A stretch of DNA of 64,000 nt from NCBI GenBank assembly GCA_934102335.1, contig CAKOSP010000004.1, positions 65,474-129,473 on the forward strand, written 5' to 3'. This stretch comes from an uncultured Bacilli bacterium. GTDB taxonomy: Bacteria > Bacillota_I > Bacilli_A > RF39 > UBA660. Positions 50,350-60,088 of the stretch are shown here, piece by piece (positions within the stretch are counted from its first letter, which is position 1; every line of letters starts with the position of its first letter). The translations under genes and the position numbers were made by a program. The notes beneath the pieces are model-generated. The model was not told where the DNA came from. It saw nothing but the letters and a program-made list of their open reading frames with translations, and made no database searches.

Positions 50350-51114
50350 ATGGAAGTATGTAATTTATCAAGTGGCTCTAAGGGAAATGCTACTTATGTT
50401 AAAGCTGGAAATTCTAATATTTTATTGGATTGTGGTAGAAATATAAAATATTTAGAAGAAAAATTAAATGAAATTGATGTTAATATTAAAGATATTGATT
50501 ATATTGTTATTAGTCATACTCATTCTGATCATATAGCTTCTTTAAAACAAGTATTAAAAAAAAGTCATGCTGCGCTATGTGTTCCAGAAAAAATGTTTTA
50601 TGAAATGGCAAATTTAAAAGACTATAATCACGTGTTAGTTTTAGAAGATGAGTATTCTTCTGATGATTTTAAAATAAAATCTATTAAATCAAGCCATGAT
50701 GCAGTTGATTCTAGAAATTTTATTATAGATGATTTTCATTCAAAAATGGCTTATATAACTGATACAGGTTATGTAAATCAAAAAAACTTTAAATATTTAA
50801 CTAATCTCGATTTATATTTGTTTGAAAGCAATCATGATATAGAAATGTTAGAAAACGGTCCGTATCCTAAATGGCTTAAAGCTAGAGTAAAAAGTGATTC
50901 TGGCCACCTTTCAAATAATGCTGCAGGTTTTTATTTAGCTAAATTAATTGGACCTAATACAAAAAAAGTTTTATTAATACATTTATCTGAAACTAATAAT
51001 TGTCCAGATAAAGCATTAGAAACAGTATACTCTATATTAAAAGAATATGAGATTAATTTTAATAAGGTATCTTGTGCTATGCAGGATGAAAGAAGTGAAG
51101 TTATAGCTTTATGA
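50350..51114 (+). CDS. MBL-fold metallo-hydrolase (YycJ/WalJ-like).
   Basis: It has an HxHxDH motif (HTHSDH) and lies just upstream of rlmH, where yycJ/walJ lies in Bacillus. Confidence 0.7.
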   Translation: MEVCNLSSGSKGNATYVKAGNSNILLDCGRNIKYLEEKLNEIDVNIKDIDYIVISHTHSDHIASLKQVLKKSHAALCVPEKMFYEMANLKDYNHVLVLEDEYSSDDFKIKSIKSSHDAVDSRNFIIDDFHSKMAYITDTGYVNQKNFKYLTNLDLYLFESNHDIEMLENGPYPKWLKARVKSDSGHLSNNAAGFYLAKLIGPNTKKVLLIHLSETNNCPDKALETVYSILKEYEINFNKVSCAMQDERSEVIAL

Positions 51115-51548
51115 TAAAAATAATATGTTTTGGTAAAATAAAAGAAAAATATTTAGAAGAATTAATTTTTGATTATAAGAAAAGAATTTCAAAGTATCAT
51201 AAAATTGAAATTATTGAACTTAAAGATAACATTGATCAAAAAAAGGAAACAGTTGAATTAAAAAATATCTTAAAGCTTTCTGATTATTTAATAGTTTTAG
51301 ATATTAATGGTAAAGAATACGACAGCAAAGAATTTGCTAGTCATTTGGATAATTTGTTTTTAAAAAACGGAACTATAACTTTTATTATTGGTAGTTCTGT
51401 AGGAATTGATGATTCTATAAAATCTATGTGCAACGAAGCAATTTCATTTTCAAAATTAACCTTGCCACACGGATTATTTAGGGGCGTTTTACTGGAGCAA
51501 ATATATAGAGCATTTAAAATTAATAATAATGAAAATTATCATAAATAG
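51111..51548 (+). CDS. rlmH: 23S rRNA (pseudouridine1915-N3)-methyltransferase RlmH (SPOUT).
   Basis: It is about 145 aa and matches the YbeA/RlmH family pattern. Confidence 0.75.
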   Translation: MIKIICFGKIKEKYLEELIFDYKKRISKYHKIEIIELKDNIDQKKETVELKNILKLSDYLIVLDINGKEYDSKEFASHLDNLFLKNGTITFIIGSSVGIDDSIKSMCNEAISFSKLTLPHGLFRGVLLEQIYRAFKINNNENYHK

Positions 51549-51557
51549 GAGGCAATT

Positions 51558-52217
51558 ATGATTGGGAATGATTGGGACGAAAAACTAAAGATTGTTGAAA
51601 ATAGTGAAGGTTTTAAAAAATTTTTAAGTATTGTTGATAATGAATATAAAACAAAAACAATTTTTCCTCCAAGAGATTATGTTTTTAATGCTTTAAAATT
51701 GACTCCATATAATAATGTGAAAGTTGTTATTGTGGGCCAAGATCCATATCATGGTGTTGGTGAAGCACATGGTTTATCTTTCTCTGTTCAAAAGGGAATA
51801 AAAATACCTCCTTCTTTACAAAATATTTATAAAGAATTAAATGACGATTTGAAAATACCACCAAAAGGTAATGGAGATTTAACAAATTGGACAAAAGAAG
51901 GTGTTTTACTTTTAAATGCTGTATTAACCGTTGAAAAGGATAAAGCGGCTTCTCATAGAAATTTGGGCTGGGAATTATTTACAGACTATATTATTAAGTT
52001 AGTTAATGCTAAAGATACTCCAGTAGTGTTTATTTTATGGGGAAATTTTGCAAAAGAAAAAAAGAAGTTAATAACAAATTCTAAACATTTGGTATTAACT
52101 TCTCCTCATCCATCTCCATTTTCGGCTTATTCTGGATTTTTTGGTTCTAAACCATTTTCTAAAACAAATGAATTTTTAGTCAAAACTGGTCAAAAACCAA
52201 TTGATTGGTCATTATAA
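51558..52217 (+). CDS. ung: Uracil-DNA glycosylase.
   Basis: It has the GQDPYHG and HGLSFSV motifs. Confidence 0.85.
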   Translation: MIGNDWDEKLKIVENSEGFKKFLSIVDNEYKTKTIFPPRDYVFNALKLTPYNNVKVVIVGQDPYHGVGEAHGLSFSVQKGIKIPPSLQNIYKELNDDLKIPPKGNGDLTNWTKEGVLLLNAVLTVEKDKAASHRNLGWELFTDYIIKLVNAKDTPVVFILWGNFAKEKKKLITNSKHLVLTSPHPSPFSAYSGFFGSKPFSKTNEFLVKTGQKPIDWSL

Positions 52218-52751
52218 TTTAAAATCATCAATTACAGCGTCTTGCATATTTTTACCATCAAAGTATGGTTGTATTTTGTATCTATGAATTTTAGCTACAA
52301 TATTTGATGGGAATTTTCTAACAATGCTGTTTAACTCAGTATTGTTTTTATTATAATAATTTTTACCTGATTCTAGCTCTAAATCTATTTTTTCCACATC
52401 TTTTAAAAGGTCTTTTGTTACTTTATTATCTAATTCCTTATTATCAGAAATTAATTCTTTAATAGTGTTCATTGCAGTTATTAATTTTCTGTCCAAGTCA
52501 AAATTACTTATTTTTTTATCTTTTAAATCAATGTATTCTTTTAAATAATCTCTTTTATTAACAACTTTTTTAATTTCAATATTTAGTTCGCAAATCTTAT
52601 CATATTTTTTTCTCAGATTATCATCAATTATGCTTTCTGCTCTTTCTATTCTAGTTTTATAGTAACTTAGCTTATTATAAAAAATTGCGTATACTAGGCC
52701 AATTGCTGCGGCTATTAAAAACAAAATTAAAAATATATCTAATATTTTCAT
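52212..52751 (-). CDS. LemA-family membrane protein.
   Basis: It has an N-terminal TM segment and a helical LemA-like domain. This is a pattern-level call only. Confidence 0.4.
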   Translation of the reverse strand: MKILDIFLILFLIAAAIGLVYAIFYNKLSYYKTRIERAESIIDDNLRKKYDKICELNIEIKKVVNKRDYLKEYIDLKDKKISNFDLDRKLITAMNTIKELISDNKELDNKVTKDLLKDVEKIDLELESGKNYYNKNNTELNSIVRKFPSNIVAKIHRYKIQPYFDGKNMQDAVIDDFKL

Positions 52752-52846
52752 ATTATCACCATATTAAGTATATCATGAATTTTAATTTTATCATATGTAA
52801 TCTTTTATTTTTCATAATAATTGTTTATAATAATAATGTGAGATTT

Positions 52847-54019
52847 ATGAAAAAAGATAGATTTATTATTGCGGTGTTTTTAGTTATAATTTTTGGCGTT
52901 TTTGTTTTATATCCAGTTAAATATTTACTTATTAAAACTGATAAAATTAGTTTTAATTCGTCTGATAATTGGAAAACGTATGAAAAAAGTGGTAATTTAA
53001 TTAAGGATAAAGTTATGGCATTAGAGACTGCCATCGATAATAGAACAACTAATTATTTTCCTTTATACGAGAAAATTACAAGTGGTTTTTATAACTTTAA
53101 TATTAAATTAGATTCTTTATTTTCAAGCAAAGTTTATATTAAATCTAATTCTGATGGAGAAAATTTATTTTATGATAATCAAAATAATTTTTATTTTCTT
53201 TTAAATAATCTTTCATCTGAACAGCTTAATAATAGACTTAAAAATCAAATATCTTTTTATAATGATATTAATACTAAGTATTCTGACATTAATTTATATA
53301 TTTACTTACCTTTGAGATATGAAGTTACTAATTTATCTGATATACACAATTTAAATAACTATGTTGTAACTTTTAAAAATAGTTTAAATAAGAATATTAA
53401 GGTTTCTTCTTTGGATTCATTGGATTTATCTCAGTACTTAACATACTTTTATAAGACTGATCATCATTATAATTCCGTTGGGGCATTAAAGGCTTATAAT
53501 GATATTGTAACCATGATGGATATAAATAACATTAAAACAATTCCATTTAAGTGCATTTATACGCCATATTATGGTTCACTTGCTAAAACGGCATTGAATA
53601 AAAATGTAAGTGATAATTTGTTAGATTTAGATTATCAAAATGACGTTGAATTTAATCAAAATGATGATAAATTTAAAACTAGAAAAATAGTTAAAAAAAC
53701 AAATCCTTTTTATGATTATTATATATCTTATTATAATGGTCAGTATGATGAAATTAAATATAAAAGTGATGTTAAAAATAATAAAAATATTTTAATTATT
53801 TCTGATTCTTTATCTTGGCAAATTGATTATATTATAGCTGAAAATTTTGAAAATACATATGTTATTAACTTAAGATATGGAAAGTGGAAAAATCAAAAGT
53901 TATATTTACAAGAATACTTAAGCGAACATAACATTACTGATATTTTATTCTTACAAGAAGCTGAACAACAAATGTTTGACTTATATAATCATAATATATC
54001 TGATAGGGTGGTGAGATAA
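52847..54019 (+). CDS. DHHW-family protein (AlgJ/DltD-like membrane-anchored partner of MBOAT acyltransferases).
   Basis: It has an N-terminal TM anchor and the DHHW-type motif FYKTDHHYNSVGA, and it is translationally coupled (TAATG) to the downstream MBOAT. Confidence 0.6.
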   Translation: MKKDRFIIAVFLVIIFGVFVLYPVKYLLIKTDKISFNSSDNWKTYEKSGNLIKDKVMALETAIDNRTTNYFPLYEKITSGFYNFNIKLDSLFSSKVYIKSNSDGENLFYDNQNNFYFLLNNLSSEQLNNRLKNQISFYNDINTKYSDINLYIYLPLRYEVTNLSDIHNLNNYVVTFKNSLNKNIKVSSLDSLDLSQYLTYFYKTDHHYNSVGALKAYNDIVTMMDINNIKTIPFKCIYTPYYGSLAKTALNKNVSDNLLDLDYQNDVEFNQNDDKFKTRKIVKKTNPFYDYYISYYNGQYDEIKYKSDVKNNKNILIISDSLSWQIDYIIAENFENTYVINLRYGKWKNQKLYLQEYLSEHNITDILFLQEAEQQMFDLYNHNISDRVVR

Positions 54020-55389
54020 TGGTTTTTTCTTCAACTACATTCTTGTTTCTATTTTTTCCTTTATTTTTAATTTGTTATTTTATACCTAAAAAAACTAAAA
54101 TAAGAAATATTGTATTACTAGTATTTTCTCTTTTGTTTTATGCTTGGGGTGAACCAATTTATATTTTTTTAATACTATTTTCTATAATTGTCAATTATTA
54201 TTTAACAATTATAATGGATAGAAAAAATTCAAAATTGATGTTATGGCTAATTGTTATATTTGATTTAGGCATGCTTTTTGTGTTTAAGTATTCAAATTTT
54301 TTAATAGATATAGTAAATGGATTAGCAAATTTAAATATCAATCATGTTAATATTGTATTACCTATAGGTATTAGTTTTTATACTTTTCAAATGTTATCTT
54401 ATGTTATTGACGTATATAGGAAAGATGTTAAAGTTCAAAAAAAATTATCGTATTTAGCTTGTTACATTGTGGCTTTTCCACAGCTTATTGCTGGGCCAAT
54501 TGTAAGATATATTACAATTGAAAAAGAACTTAACAATAGAAAAACAACTTGGGAAGGGTTTGCCAAAGGAATTAGACGTTTTATAATTGGTATATCAAAA
54601 AAGGTTTTGATAGCGAATAATGTTGCATTTATAGCTGATCAAATATTTAATCAATCTGCAACCACATTTGGTTTTATTGGAGCTTTTGTAGGAATGATAG
54701 CATATACTTTACAAATATATTTCGATTTTTCTGGATATAGTGATATGGCTATAGGTATGGGATATATGTTAGGATTTACTTATGATGAAAACTTTAATAA
54801 GCCTTATTTAGCTAATTCTGTTACTGATTTTTGGAGAAGATGGCATATATCTTTATCAACTTTCTTTAGAGATTATGTTTATATTCCTTTAGGAGGAAAT
54901 AGAGTATCAGTAATAAAACATATTAGAAATATTTTAATAGTTTGGACGCTAACTGGTCTTTGGCATGGTGCTTCTTTTAACTTCATTTTATGGGGATTAT
55001 ATTATGCTTTGTTTTTGTTAATAGAAAAATATCTGTTAAAAAATTTATTGGATAAAACTCCTAATATATTAAGACATATTATAACTTTAATAATTATTAA
55101 TATTGGTTGGGTTATTTTTAGATTTACTGACATGAATGAAATGTTTAATGTTTTTCAAGCTTTAGTAGGTAAATTTGGCTTGGGAAATTTAAAGGATTTA
55201 TACTTTACTGGTATCTTATCTATTAGATTTATTTTGGCTTTTGTTGTGGGAATAATTGTGTCTTTAGTTCCTTTTAAATTCGAAAAATCTAATAAATTTT
55301 TAGATATTATTTTAATGATTTTATTTATATTATCAATAATCTTTATTTTAGTGGGAAGCTATAATCCATTCATATATTATAGATTTTAA
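54019..55389 (+). CDS. MBOAT-family membrane-bound O-acyltransferase (AlgI/DltB-like).
   Basis: It is a multi-TM protein with MBOAT conserved His residues (WRRWHISLSTFFRDYVYIPLGG; GLWHGAS). Confidence 0.8.
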   Translation: MVFSSTTFLFLFFPLFLICYFIPKKTKIRNIVLLVFSLLFYAWGEPIYIFLILFSIIVNYYLTIIMDRKNSKLMLWLIVIFDLGMLFVFKYSNFLIDIVNGLANLNINHVNIVLPIGISFYTFQMLSYVIDVYRKDVKVQKKLSYLACYIVAFPQLIAGPIVRYITIEKELNNRKTTWEGFAKGIRRFIIGISKKVLIANNVAFIADQIFNQSATTFGFIGAFVGMIAYTLQIYFDFSGYSDMAIGMGYMLGFTYDENFNKPYLANSVTDFWRRWHISLSTFFRDYVYIPLGGNRVSVIKHIRNILIVWTLTGLWHGASFNFILWGLYYALFLLIEKYLLKNLLDKTPNILRHIITLIIINIGWVIFRFTDMNEMFNVFQALVGKFGLGNLKDLYFTGILSIRFILAFVVGIIVSLVPFKFEKSNKFLDIILMILFILSIIFILVGSYNPFIYYRF

Positions 55390-55390
55390 T

Positions 55391-55430
55391 GTGTTGATAA
55401 CTTGTTAATAAAACATTACTTTGGTAAAAT
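55391..55430 (+). promoter_or_regulatory. Fourth copy of the GTGTTGATAACTTGTTAA motif. It overlaps a candidate promoter (TTGTTA at 55403-55408, 16-bp spacer, extended -10 TGGTAAAAT at 55422-55430) for the femAB-like genes.
   Basis: The 18-mer is identical to the copy at 1757-1774. The promoter hexamers can be read directly. Confidence 0.45.
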
Positions 55431-55446
55431 GATAAAGGAGAATATA

Positions 55447-56676
55447 ATGAAATTTGTAGAAAATTTAACGAAAAAAGAATATATTGATTTTGAAACTAAT
55501 CATAAAAAAGCTCATTTTATGCAATCATATGAATGGGGACAATTTGCTATAAAAGGTAAAAAACAAGTTCCTATTTATGTAGGTATAAAAGATGACAACG
55601 GAAAAATACTGTGTGCGGCATTATTGCTTCGTAAAGATATAAAATTTGGATATAATTATATTTATTGCCCTAGAGGATTTGTAATTGATTTTGAAGATAA
55701 AAAGTTATTAACAGCTTTTACTGAATATTTAAAAAAATATATGAAAGATAATAAAGTTATCTATTTAAAAATTGATCCTGATGTAATGTATCAAGAAATT
55801 GATGGTGATGCAAATCCTATTGAAAATGGTAAAAATAATAAAAAACTTGTTAATAATTTGTTAAACTTAGGTTACATTCATAAAGGATTTAATAAACTTT
55901 ATGAGGGAAATCAGCCAAGATATACTTTTAGAATTGATTTAACAAAATCTAAAGATGAAATAGAAGCTAAAATGACTAAATCTTTCTTAAAGTCTGTAAA
56001 AAGAAGTTATTCATATTTAGTTGAAATTGATAATGAACCAAATATAGAAATGTTCTGCAAATTAAATAAAAGTAATAGTGAAAAAGATGGCTTTACTGCA
56101 TATTCTAAAGAATATTATGAAGAGTTTTATAATCAATTTAAAAAACAGAATACTGTTAAATTTTTTAATGCATATGTACCAGTAAAAAAATTATTGAAAC
56201 AAATAGATGAAAATATAAATGAATTGAATATAAAAATTGAAAGTGAAAAAAAACATAAAGTTGATTTGCAAAATCAATTAAATAGATTGTATAAAGATAA
56301 AGAAATTTTTGGAAAAATAAATGATGAAAGAATAATGGTTTGTTCATTAATATGTGTATATCAAGGAAAACATGCATGGAGTTTATATATTGGTAGTGAT
56401 GATATTGCTAATTATACTTTTGCTGTTTCTAGGTGTTATTATGATTCAATTATGGATGCTAAAGATAATGGCTATGTTTTTTATGATTTATTTGGTACAG
56501 TTGGGGATCCAAAGACTACTTATAAAAATTTGGCTCATTTGCATGATTTTAAGAGAAAATTTGGTGATCAATACATAGAATTTGTAGGAGAATTTGATTT
56601 AGTTAATAATAAATTTTTATATAAATTATTGCCTATAATGTTAAAAATATATAGAGGTGTTAAGAAAAAAATATGA
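55447..56676 (+). CDS. FemAB-family peptidoglycan interpeptide-bridge aminoacyltransferase, paralog 1.
   Basis: It has the FemABX N-terminal motif (HFMQSYEWGQF), a central coiled-coil insert as in FemA/FemB and a GNAT-like C-domain. Confidence 0.75.
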   Translation: MKFVENLTKKEYIDFETNHKKAHFMQSYEWGQFAIKGKKQVPIYVGIKDDNGKILCAALLLRKDIKFGYNYIYCPRGFVIDFEDKKLLTAFTEYLKKYMKDNKVIYLKIDPDVMYQEIDGDANPIENGKNNKKLVNNLLNLGYIHKGFNKLYEGNQPRYTFRIDLTKSKDEIEAKMTKSFLKSVKRSYSYLVEIDNEPNIEMFCKLNKSNSEKDGFTAYSKEYYEEFYNQFKKQNTVKFFNAYVPVKKLLKQIDENINELNIKIESEKKHKVDLQNQLNRLYKDKEIFGKINDERIMVCSLICVYQGKHAWSLYIGSDDIANYTFAVSRCYYDSIMDAKDNGYVFYDLFGTVGDPKTTYKNLAHLHDFKRKFGDQYIEFVGEFDLVNNKFLYKLLPIMLKIYRGVKKKI

Positions 56677-57926
56677 AATTTGCTCAATTAAGTTTTGAAG
56701 AATATAAAAAATTTGCTTTAAATCATCCCAATATTTCTATTTATCAATATCCAGAATGGGGACAATTAAAATCTAACACTGGATGGGATTATTACTTTGT
56801 GGGGTTAAAAAAAGAAAATAATATTTTAGCAGCAACTATGCTTTTGAGAAAAAAAGTTATTTTAAATTTATATTTATTTTATGCTCCTCGTGGTTATTTA
56901 ATAGATTCTAAAAATAAAAATCTTTTAACTGAATTTAATAATTATGTGATTGAATTCGTAAAACAACATAAAGGTTTTATGCTAAAAATAGATCCAAATG
57001 TTGTTTATAATATATTAGATAATAATGGAAAAGTTATTAATTGTGTAGGTCAAGAAGATTTTAATAATTATAATTCTTTGGGTTTTAAATATTTAGGAAA
57101 AACATTAAATTTTGAAACAATGCAGCCTCGTTTTTTATGTAGATATAAAATCATGGATGATTATGAAAATACTTTAGCTACATTTTCTAAAAGTACTCAA
57201 AAAAACATTTTAAAAGCTCATGAGTATGGTGTAAAATGTGAAAAAGTTAATAAGGATAATGTGGATTTATTTACAAATGTATTGTCTAAAACGGCTGTTT
57301 CAAATCATATGCCTACAAGGCCAGCTTGGTATTATAAAAAATTATTAGAATTATTTAGTGATGATGTTGTATATTTTTTAACTTATTTAGATACTAATGA
57401 ATACTATAATTATGTTTTAAAAAGTTTAAAACAAATTGAAAAGCGGATTACAGAAATTAATAATAAAATTGAAACATATGCTAATGTTGGTAATAAATTA
57501 CGTAATGAGTTAGAATCATATAGTTCACAAAAAGAAAAACTAGAAAAAGAATTAATGGAAGCTTTAAATTATAAGAAAATAAATAATAAAATTTACATTG
57601 GAGCCCTTATGAGTGTTTTTACTGGAGACGAGGGTATAACATTTAATAGTGGTACTGATCATGATTTTAAAAAATTTAATATTAAATATGCATATTATGA
57701 TGCCCATTTAAAAGAATCTATAAAAAGAAAGAAAAAATACGTTAACTTTTATGGTATTTCTGGAGATTTTAATAAGAATAGTAAATATTATAATATTTAT
57801 GAAATTAAAAAAGGTTATAATCCTGAAGTGCTAGAACTTCTTGGAGAATTTGATTATATTCTATCTAAACCGAAATTTTTATTTTATAAGGTAGCTTTAT
57901 ATGTTTATAAAAAAATAAAAAAATAA
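56673..57926 (+). CDS. FemAB-family peptidoglycan interpeptide-bridge aminoacyltransferase, paralog 2.
   Basis: It has the same architecture (ISIYQYPEWGQL, coiled-coil insert) and an ATGA start overlap with paralog 1. Confidence 0.75.
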   Translation: MKFAQLSFEEYKKFALNHPNISIYQYPEWGQLKSNTGWDYYFVGLKKENNILAATMLLRKKVILNLYLFYAPRGYLIDSKNKNLLTEFNNYVIEFVKQHKGFMLKIDPNVVYNILDNNGKVINCVGQEDFNNYNSLGFKYLGKTLNFETMQPRFLCRYKIMDDYENTLATFSKSTQKNILKAHEYGVKCEKVNKDNVDLFTNVLSKTAVSNHMPTRPAWYYKKLLELFSDDVVYFLTYLDTNEYYNYVLKSLKQIEKRITEINNKIETYANVGNKLRNELESYSSQKEKLEKELMEALNYKKINNKIYIGALMSVFTGDEGITFNSGTDHDFKKFNIKYAYYDAHLKESIKRKKKYVNFYGISGDFNKNSKYYNIYEIKKGYNPEVLELLGEFDYILSKPKFLFYKVALYVYKKIKK

Positions 57927-57931
57927 AGGAA

Positions 57932-59539
57932 TTAATGTTTAAATTTTTCCTTTATTTTTTTTAAAAATTTTATTTGAATAAGATTGTTTAAAGTATTTTT
58001 ATTTAATAAATAATATATTATTAGAGCAATTATTCCAAATATAATAACTAAAACAATAGATAATAATCTGGAACTAATATTAGTAATAAAATGTTCATAA
58101 GTTAGTGCTAGTAATATTAAAATTAATAAACTGCCAAAGAGTCTAGGTAATAGTTTAAATGTTGGTGTATAATCAAATTTATATTTTTTATTTAAATATT
58201 TCAAGGTTATTAAAATTGATGCCGTATAACCAATAAGTGTTGCTGTTAAAGCTCCATAATATGGATATATACCAATTTTGTTAAATAAAAGAATTAATGG
58301 AACGTCTAGTATAGCATTAAACCCTAGACCTACTAAAACTATTAAGTAGATTACTTTGAACTTGTTTAGTGAATTTAAAGTTGAACACATAACTGTAAAA
58401 GTTCCGTCGACAAAAGCTACTATAAAAGCGTATTTCATAATTATTGGACCAAACTCATTGGCTGAATAAAATATGTTCCAGATTTGTTTAGAAAAAATAC
58501 TAGCAAATATTGATATTGGTAAGACAACGTATAGTAATATTTGTAATGCTTTGTTAAAGTTTTTGTTTACGTCTTTCATATCGCTTACGGCATAACTAGA
58601 TACAATTGAAGGTATCAAACTTATTACTAAACCTGTTGATATTGCTGTAACAATACTTGTTAATTTACTTCCCCAAGTAGTAAATATACTACTTATGTTT
58701 TCAATGTCAGGTCCACTAAAGCCTACAATATTTAATCCTCTCATTAAAAGGATCATATCTGTTGTGTTATATAAATGATTAGCAACACTTATAATTATAA
58801 AAGGAATACAGTATATTAAAATTCGTTTTTTAATTTCTTTTTTATCGTTTTTGGATAGTGGTGGATTTTCATCTACTTTTTTAATATATTTTCTTTTTTT
58901 TGTTAAATAAAAATAGGTTACTAGAGCTCCAATTGTAGCTCCTGATATTGCTACTCCAACGGCAGTCGTGATTGATAAATTAAATACTTTAAGAGTTAAA
59001 TAAGTTCCTACTAAAATAACTATAATTCTTGTAAGTTGTTCAATTAATTGGCTTAGCGATGAAGCGCTAATATATTTATGCCCTTGTAGGTATCCTCGTG
59101 TAATACTTAAACTTGGCACTACTAATAAAGAAAATGCTACACATCTTAAAACTATTGTAACATCGTTTAAAGTGTTTCCTCCACTTATGTCTCCTAAAAT
59201 CAAATTTGCAAGTTGCGGTGCAAAAATAAAACAGATTAAAAAACTTAATAATGAAAATAATAGTATAGCTTTTTGAGCAATATCATACATGTATTGCTTT
59301 TCTTTTTCTTTTTTTAAGGCTATGAATTCACTAGTAAGTTTACTTATTGCTAGTGGTATTCCAGCTGATGATATTATTAAAAATAAATTATATATAGTAT
59401 ATGCATATCCATATAATGCCCCACCTTGGGTTCCAATCATTTTATAAAATGGTATTACATATAATACTCCGAGTACTTTGGTAAAAAATATTGCAAACGT
59501 TGCAACTGCTGCTCCTTCTAAAAAATTGTTTTTTTTCAT
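57932..59539 (-). CDS. MOP-superfamily lipid flippase (MurJ/SpoVB-like).
   Basis: It is about 535 aa with 12-14 TM segments, and its N-terminal pattern AVATFAIFFTKVLGVLYVIPF is typical of MurJ/MviN and SpoVB. Confidence 0.6.
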   Translation of the reverse strand: MKKNNFLEGAAVATFAIFFTKVLGVLYVIPFYKMIGTQGGALYGYAYTIYNLFLIISSAGIPLAISKLTSEFIALKKEKEKQYMYDIAQKAILLFSLLSFLICFIFAPQLANLILGDISGGNTLNDVTIVLRCVAFSLLVVPSLSITRGYLQGHKYISASSLSQLIEQLTRIIVILVGTYLTLKVFNLSITTAVGVAISGATIGALVTYFYLTKKRKYIKKVDENPPLSKNDKKEIKKRILIYCIPFIIISVANHLYNTTDMILLMRGLNIVGFSGPDIENISSIFTTWGSKLTSIVTAISTGLVISLIPSIVSSYAVSDMKDVNKNFNKALQILLYVVLPISIFASIFSKQIWNIFYSANEFGPIIMKYAFIVAFVDGTFTVMCSTLNSLNKFKVIYLIVLVGLGFNAILDVPLILLFNKIGIYPYYGALTATLIGYTASILITLKYLNKKYKFDYTPTFKLLPRLFGSLLILILLALTYEHFITNISSRLLSIVLVIIFGIIALIIYYLLNKNTLNNLIQIKFLKKIKEKFKH

Positions 59540-59565
59540 AATTTCTCCATATATTTATTATAACA

Positions 59566-59596
59566 CAAAAAACACAACATTATTTGCTGTGTTCTT
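59566..59596 (-). terminator. Intrinsic terminator on the minus strand after the gerQ-like gene.
   Basis: On the minus strand AACACAGCAAATAATGTTGTGTT is followed by T6. Confidence 0.5.
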
Positions 59597-59621
59597 TTTT
59601 CTTGTAAAATGCTTGTAAAAA

Positions 59622-59990
59622 CTAATATCCTTTTTCAGAATAAATTGGAGAATATGCTATTGGCTCAGGAAATTCTACATAATCAAGATAAATCATTCTT
59701 ATTAAGTACCAAGCAGCATTAGCTGAATCTTTAATAATTAAATGATCTTTTCCTGCTGCTTCAATTGTTCCTATATACTCTTTATTTTGCCAAGCACTAG
59801 ATTCAGGATAAGAAACAAAAACTTTAGCTGTTTTTCCTTTATTCATTCTTAAAATGTTTTCAATGTAACTTTGTTCCATAGTAATCTCTGGCATAGGATT
59901 TTCTTTTACTTGTTGTGGTACGTTAGCTTGATAGCTATTTGATTGTGGACTATTTGGAAATGTAGGATTCTGATAAAAATTTCCGTTCAT
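59622..59990 (-). CDS. Spore coat protein GerQ-like.
   Basis: It has a Q/P/N-rich N-terminus and a C-terminal region YIENILRMNKGK...AGKDHLII...YLIRMIYLDYVEF that resembles the GerQ family. Confidence 0.45.
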   Translation of the reverse strand: MNGNFYQNPTFPNSPQSNSYQANVPQQVKENPMPEITMEQSYIENILRMNKGKTAKVFVSYPESSAWQNKEYIGTIEAAGKDHLIIKDSANAAWYLIRMIYLDYVEFPEPIAYSPIYSEKGY

Positions 59991-60088
59991 ATAAACACCT
60001 CGATATAAATATATGTTTTTTAATTTAAAAAATTGCCTTTAATTTAATTTTTTAGTATAATTGTATTATAGTAGGTGGTTTTTAAAGT

